Shown: positions 57,549 through 64,000 of the stretch, one piece after another
How the letters are laid out: every line of letters starts with the position of its first letter
Numbering within the stretch: the first letter of the stretch is position 1
Assembly (NCBI GenBank): GCA_000934665.2
Contig: KZ538051.1
Span: 62,001 to 126,000 of the forward strand
Direction of reading: 5' to 3'
Origin: Catajapyx aquilonaris
Taxonomy: Eukaryota
Length of the DNA stretch: 64,000 bases
Notes under the pieces: generated by a model
Seen by the model: the letters and a program-made list of their open reading frames with translations, nothing else
Told to the model about the DNA's origin: nothing
The model's database searches: none
Translations under genes and position numbers: made by a program

Positions 57549-59940
57549 ATGGCGACGCCCACATGGAATTTTCTGTCTCGAATTTTGCAGCTCGGGAAGC
57601 CCGCCACGAAGAAACTGCCGGTCAAGTGAGTGTCATATTCGGATTCTGCACGTTCCAAAGATTCAGACGATATGCAACACTTGTATGGCCGTGCGAAAGT
57701 CGCGCAGCATTGTTCCTCATTGTGATTATTTGAGCCGAAGGACTTGAAGTCTCATTAAAAATAATAATTTATTATTATAATGAATTGGGTGAGACAGTAC
57801 TATTCAGATATGAAACCATGCGGAGCAACTGCCTATGAATGAAACGGCTGAAAGTGTAGCCGTAAATGCTGGACAAGCAGAACAGTAAATTGATTGAAAC
57901 TACCGCACAGGTCTTGTTATAAAAGGAACATAAAAATATACGGATTGCTGCCAAACATTGCATTTTTTGTGCTATAACAACATTTTCATATAATAGTACG
58001 CCTCTGCGATAAAACACATTTTGCTGTACTTTTATTTTCATTCCATCGACCTACACCTGGAGAAGTAACCTAATCTAACACAACATAGCCGAATATTATT
58101 TAATTATTTTATTAATTATTATTTACACATAGCCCCTAATATTATTTTTTTATTATTTACACGTAGCCTAATATATTTTAATTATTATTTACACAGCCTA
58201 ATATATTTTAATTATTATTTACACAGCCTAATATATTTTAATTATTATTTACACAGCCTAATATATTTTAATTATTATTTACACAGCCTAATATATTTTA
58301 ATTATTATTTACACAGCCTATAATATTATTTTATTAATTATTATTTGCACAATAAATTTAACAAAATAATATTAGGCTGTGTAAATAATAATTAATAAAA
58401 TAATATTAGGCTATTTTATTAATTATTTCCACATAGCCTAATATTATTTATTATTTTAATAATTATTATTTCCACATAGCCTAATATTATTTATTATTTT
58501 ATTAATTATTTACACATAGCCTAATATTATTTTATTAATTATTTACACATACCCTAATATTATTTTATTATTTATTTACACATAGCCTAATATCTATTAT
58601 TTTATTATTTTATTAATTATTTACACATAGCCTAATATTATTTTATTGATAATTTACACATAGCCTAATATTATTTTATTGATAATTTACACATAGCCTA
58701 ATATTTATTATTTTATTAATTTATTTATTATTTACACAATAAATAACTAAATTATATTAGGCTATGTGTAAATAATAATTAATAAAACAGCCTAATGTTA
58801 TTTTATTAATTATTATTTACACAATCATAGCCTAATATTATTTAATTATTTACACATAGCCTAATATAACCTAACAGCCTCTGAAATAGGCAGGTTCTGC
58901 TGTACTTTTCATTTATTTCGACCCTCTGTATACACCTGGCGTACGCAAGCTTGCGAGACATCTTATGACTTCATATTCAATCGAACATGGCTCACTCACT
59001 TGCGAACACGTATGGCCCAAGCACTTCTTTTGTACCTGCCCCTCCTGCCTCCTACCCCAGGCAGTATGATGTTCTTCGCACCGTGTGCATCTCGGCCCCG
59101 GATCTCTCCAGATCCAAACCGGCGACAACCCCGGAGTCGATGATTGGTCTTCCGGAGCGTCCGAAGCGGCCGCTGACCCCTTTCTTCCGCCATCTGGCCC
59201 GAGTCCGCCCGCAGATCAAAGCACAGAACCCGGGCGTTGAGGTGACGGACGTGGTGAAGAAGGCGGCTGCAATGTGGGAGGCAATGAAGGCTTCGGAGAA
59301 GGAGCACCTGGAGAAGGAGTACCATCAGGAATGGCTGGAGTACAACCAGAAGCTGCAGAAGTACGAGGGGAAGTTGACGCAGGACGACAAGGATGCGATT
59401 AAGCGGATCAAGGAGGTTCAACTGGAGAAGAAGGAGCAGCGAATCATCAGGCAGGTAATGACACCTCTTACGCATAAATTGCATGTAAAGTTGTGCAGTT
59501 ACCTTGCGACTGTTACCGTTTCAGACCATGAAGGAGATGGGCCGGCCGAAGCGACCAGCACCGGCATTTCTCCAGTACGCAGCTTCAAAGGCCACCGCCA
59601 GGGGAAGCATTGCAACTAGGGTAATTTCTGATGCTATCAACGTACACATTACATTTGAGTGTACTTGCTGCAGAAAATTTTACATCCAGTGTCTTGATTG
59701 CAGGAATGGATCAGTCGACTCGGTGCCAACTGGCGTACGATGAGCGACGATGAGAAAGCCCCGTTCATCGCAATGCATCGTGAGGCTGTGGCCAAGTATG
59801 GGAAGCAGATGGCCGCCTGGGAAGACAAGATGCTGAGGGAAGGTCACACTGACCTAGTCAGGTCACACATCAAGCTCGACCCTGAACTAGTCGGGCCATC
59901 AAAATCATCCCTCAAATCGTCGAAATCCAAGCAGGGATAG
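57549..59940 (+). CDS. TFAM: Mitochondrial transcription factor A (two HMG boxes, ~267 aa)
   Basis: Exons 57549-57625, 59061-59454, 59525-59620 and 59704-59940 join in frame. Basic, acid-free N-terminus MATPTWNFLSRILQLGKPATKKLPVK (mitochondrial-targeting-like); HMG1 GLPERPKRPLTPFFR...AAAMWEAM; HMG2 GRPKRPAPAFLQY...LGANWRTMSDDEKAPF...MAAWEDKMLREGHTDLVR. Confidence 0.93.
58085..58870. repeat. AT-rich ~30-bp minisatellite in TFAM intron 1, with inverted segments
   Basis: Tandem ATATATTTTAATTATTATTTACACAGCCTA units. Reverse-complement copies at ~58370-58415 and ~58755-58785. Confidence 0.9.
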
Positions 59941-61277
59941 GGACGTCCGGGGCTGGACGAAGGTGAGACTGGAGAAGATTGCGACTGCAGCATGGATTAT
60001 TTTCATCTAGATCATGTAACTGGAATGGACAGATTTGCGAGTTAGTTTTTTTTGTATTTGGAAATATAACCGGGTTTTGGAAAAAATCGGCGTGGTTTTT
60101 CGCTTTCATAATTAACCTTATAACTTTCCACAGCGTTAACGATTCATAGCTTCATAACAAATTTTTTAAAAGCAGAATGTACTTAACAATTTACAGAATT
60201 TTTATCAGCGTACTTTCTTCCTGCCGCAAATTAGACACTTGGATTTGGCTTCTTCTGGTCCAGCCCTGGATCGAACTCTGGAAGCTTGTCGAGTCGGCCC
60301 ATGAATTTTCAGATTCTCTCGCCAAAGGATAGAAAATAAAACTTGATTTTGCAACAAAAAAAAAGAGAGAACGATTTATTAGTTGCCTTTGTTACGTGAG
60401 GAAAAAAAAAATCACAACATTGCAAGCTCCGTACAAAGTATGTGCCCGACCATAAAGTGGGTATTGTCAAAGGCAAGTCAGACGTAACGTGTCGTTCGTA
60501 CATCTTGGCAACAATAAATTACTATTATTACGTGACTCTTTCCAGGCGACTTGCAGGCACATACTTGCGGCCGAGAGCTTGCCCTACATTTCCAACCAGT
60601 AACGTATACATGTATCAACATTTTAGACATTTTAAAAACACAACTCAAGTAACAGAGACGGCATAATTTACAGCTGCAAGTGGCATGAAAATATTACGTC
60701 AATATAATAATTATTCACAGTTACGAATAGTTCGGCAGGTGCCGGTTATTTACAAAAATCTAAACCTCGTCCTACGGTAGCTTTCATTTAACTTTCTACC
60801 CAACGAATAATATTCAATCCAGTTAACAAATCCGACACAGACGTTGACTATTGAATGTCCAACAAAGTGACTCAGTTCGAAACATGAGTATTGCCTTAAT
60901 GAGATTCATCAGTACATCTCAGTGCACACTTTCCATTGCCTTTCCGGCAAAATACATCTGACAATTCACACTGCGATTTCATGTCATTCGCTTTGCCGCT
61001 GACTATTTTTGACCCCGCTAGCTCTTGAACAAAATTGCATTCAACATTATTGCTACATTGCGCAATTATTTTCCCAGCATACTCTGTACTGTACAATTAT
61101 TCATCCCAATCAAGTTACGCAGCAAGTAGAGGGCACTTTTCCGTAGCCGTGGCTACCTGTGAAATTTTTTTTTATATATCTCCGCACATATTAGCAGCCA
61201 TACTACGCAAGACAAAAGAAGGATCCTCGAAATGAAAAATACACATGCAAAAGTTCGGTTTTTCACAGCATCCCATC

Positions 61278-62751
61278 CTAGCTGACGAGAACGTGGAAGG
61301 CAGCGAAGCTAAATAGGTAGACGGCAAGATCGTGAGCCACTCTCCTGGCCAAATGCGCCGTCTTCACTATGGCCACCACTCTCTCCGGCGGCAGTCCTGA
61401 GAGCATCAGGGCGGCTCCCAAAAGGCCACTTCCAATCCCGCCTTCGCCCATCTTCGCCCCACTATCGCCGCCTCCCCGGTTCGACGCCTGGCAACCATTT
61501 CCCAGGTAGCTCTTCTCGGAGACGAAGATCGCCACTTCAGCCAGCAGAAAGGGAACAATCGCATTCTGTAATGAGAAAATACTTCATTCAGCTGTCCATG
61601 TACCGAGAGCCGGGAGCATGTGATACATACGAGGCGCAAACTTCGGTCGGCGCCTTTGATGTCCGCGTCTCTCTGTTTGGGACGTTGCCAAGGCTGGCGG
61701 CCATTTTGAAACGAGGGCAAATCCTACGAGGTATAAATATAGTACAGGCAGGGTAAAAGTCCGCCATCTTTGATGGCAATACACGAGAAGAACAAGCGCG
61801 AATTTGAATATTTTTGTGGTATGAGCTCCTTTAATGCACTTTTCTCCGTATTAATTCCATAAGTACGGCAAAAATATCCAAATTCGCTCGTGTTCTTGCC
61901 GTGGCAGCCAAAACCATCAGAGATGGCGGACCTTTACCCCGCCTGTACCCTATTTATCGTTGGATTTGCCCTCGTTTCAAAATGGCCGCCAGCCTTGGCA
62001 ACGTCCCAGAGAGATGCGCAAATCAAATGTTAGCGCCTCTTACGTAGTATATGCTCCCTGCCGAGCGAAACAAGCACATACCCCAGCAACGAAGAAGCTG
62101 AGCTGCGAGGTAAGCAAGAGGCGTGTAATTACAGCCAGGAAGATCAGCGGGATTCTCCATTCCACCGCCCTTCCTGCCCACCCCTGTACGAAGGCCAGTC
62201 CTGCGCTTGTGCTTCGAGCCCCGTCCGCCCCTGGGCTGCCTCCTAACGATGTGTTGTCTCCCGCTGCTATTAGCCTGGAGCGAGGCACAGCTCGGTGTTC
62301 CTCCAGAATCTACACAAACGCAAAATTAACAATCTAACCATCTTACATGTCTTCTGTAATTGTTCCGTGCTGCGCTTATTCACCTTTGGGAAAGCGAAGT
62401 GCCTGGAGTCCCGCATGGTGCAAGGTTGCTGCCCCAACAAGCTTGCGACGGCAGAGTCATCCAAGTCGCACACCTCTCCATCCGGCACCATCCATTCCGG
62501 GTACTCACTACTTAAATCCAGCGTCTTGTTCACGTTCGAAATGCCTGCCAGACAGACCAATCTAATCAATCTAATCACCAAATATAATTAGTATGCTACT
62601 AGGCTATACCGTCTGCCTTGTTGTTGTCTCCGTTGGCCGTGATGGGCGCGTATCCTCCCGTGATCTTCCTGAGCCTGTCCTCCGAATTCTCCAGGATCTT
62701 CCGCCTTCTTCTCTCGGCCCGAAGACGAGCCAAGCTTCCAACGTCCGCCAT
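61278..62751 (-). CDS. CAMLG: CAML / GET2 homolog (ER tail-anchored protein insertase subunit, ~272 aa)
   Basis: Minus-strand exons 62751-62610, 62544-62384, 62309-62082 and 61565-61278 join in frame. N-terminal RAERRRRKILENSEDRLRKITG is the Get3/TRC40-binding motif. C-terminal NAIVPFLLAEV...LLGAALMLSGLPPE...HDLAVYLFSFAAFHVLV matches the CAML transmembrane region. Confidence 0.92.
61610..62060. mobile_element. Second copy of the P/Galileo-like foldback MITE, in CAML intron 3
   Basis: CCGGGAGCATGTGATACATACGAGGCGCAAAC...GTTAGCGCCTCTTACGTAGTATATGCTCCCTG. Flanks are CCGAGAG / CCGAGCG (6 of 7 identical). Homologous to 5867-6343 over its whole length. Confidence 0.85.
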
Positions 62752-62874
62752 CTTTATTATTTTTATTCCAAAAATATGCGGAGCAGCCGTGACGTCACCT
62801 GGTCACCCTGTATGGGCGGTGGCCATGTTGGTGGTTGGCTGGTAGTATAGAAGGGGAAATGGCATTGCCAAGCT

Positions 62875-63497
62875 TAGGGCTGTGCGATATCCGAAATTAC
62901 ATATCTACTTTCGATACTTAAAAAATATTGAATCGAAGTCGATATATCGAAAATCGAAAAACCGACATCGAAAAACGACATCGAAAAAGATCGAAAACCG
63001 AATCGAACCGACATCGAAAAATATCGAATCGAAGTCGATATATCGAAAATCGAAAAACCGACATCGAAAACCGACATCGAAAAATATCGAATCGAAGTCG
63101 ATATATCGAAAATTGAAAAACCGACATCGAAAACCGACATCGAAAAAGATTGAAAACCGACATCGAAAAATATCGAATCGCAGTCGATATATCGAAAATC
63201 GAAAAACCGACATCGAACCAACATCGAAAAATATCGAATAGAAGTCGATATATCGAAAATCGAAAAACCGACATCGAAAACCGACATCGAAAACCGACAT
63301 CGAAAAAGATCGAAAACCGACATCAAAAATTATCGAATCGAAGTCGATATATCGAAAATCGAAAAACCGACATCGCACCGACATCGAAAAATCGCGATAT
63401 TCGATACATCGAACATGCCAAGCGTCGGATATCGCAACTTCGATATTAGGAAAATATCGTATCGACAGTCGATATATCGAAATATCGCACAGCCCTA
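62875..63497. mobile_element. hAT-family non-autonomous element with internal TCGA-rich tandem repeats
   Basis: TIR TAGGGCTGTGCGATAT...ATATCGCACAGCCCTA. Perfect 8-bp TSD GCCAAGCT (62867-62874, 63498-63505). The interior is built of AAAACCGACATCG and GAAGTCGATATATCGAAAATC units. Confidence 0.92.
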
Positions 63498-64000
63498 GCC
63501 AAGCTTTTAGTGGAATTTCCGCTAAAGATGGATTTTATGCCGCGTTTATGGCGTCAAAAATAGACGGATAGAGTTGACAAACCCTGCCTAACAAACACCA
63601 GCAGGTGCGCACAACTGCACATTGCCACACAATGCCAACCACCAACATGTCCGCCTTCGTTATGATGACGTATAAGGTCCTGTACCACGTGACCATGGTC
63701 GATTCAGCAGCGGAAGCGTAGCCGCTATTATTGCAAGGCCAGAATCGCAAGTAACATCAAACCAGTTATGACAACAGCTGTGCTATTTCGTGATCGTTCA
63801 ATTTCAGAGTTGCCAGACGGGTGTGAATGTCGTCTGCTCCCATTTCCGGAGAGTACACATCGAAGGAAATCGAAGAAAAGGAAAAAAGAGGGACAAAAAA
63901 AAAGCAACACTTGAGACTGGTCGTGTCGTGGCTTGTCTCCGGTCGCCTCTAATCAGTCCAGCTGCAAAAGGTTCACACCAGCTGCACTGCCCAGCTGTGC

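Noticed and set aside
58987..59060. ATG 58987 as the TFAM start
   Set aside because: It lies before a clear acceptor at 59060. The upstream exon 57549-57625 supplies an in-phase targeting-peptide-like N-terminus.
60230..60325. Short minus-strand ORF MGRLDKLPEFDPGLDQKKPNPSV*
   Set aside because: Too short, with no convincing acceptor or homology; probably 3' UTR sequence.
62874..63449. Multiple repetitive ORFs in several frames
   Set aside because: These are translations of the stop-poor tandem repeats inside the hAT element.

Overview
Eukaryotic (animal, most likely arthropod) genomic DNA: AT-rich introns and intergenic DNA with GC-richer, spliced exons. Gene models were built by hand from splice sites and reading phase. 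Gene order: (1) synaptotagmin-15-like gene, + strand, 5'-incomplete, 6 coding exons at 4066-9505, with one probable GC-AG intron; (2) NCOA4/ARA70-like gene, +, 6 exons, 14165-17334; (3) ELOVL6/baldspot-type fatty-acid elongase A, +, 2 exons, 21925-35538, with a 12.7 kb intron; (4) intronless divergent ionotropic receptor (IR), -, 39495-41428, split by one frameshift; (5) ELOVL6-type elongase B, +, 2 exons, 48352-53868; (6) TFAM, +, 4 exons, 57549-59940; (7) CAML/GET2 (CAMLG), -, 4 exons, 61278-62751. The non-coding DNA holds many non-autonomous transposons with diagnostic termini and target-site duplications (TSDs): P/Galileo-like with 7-bp TSD, Tc1/mariner with TA, hAT with 8-bp TSD, Sola-like with 4-bp TSD, a Helitron-like family and retroposon tails. 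It also holds palindromes and minisatellites. The most striking unexplained structures are a ~32-bp-phased array of nine CTCF-like motifs directly followed by four tandem RFX X-boxes upstream of the synaptotagmin exons, and a four-copy SREBP-element cluster in the elongase B intron. No CRISPR array, rRNA or tRNA was recognised. Gene names rest on recalled family motifs, not on database searches.
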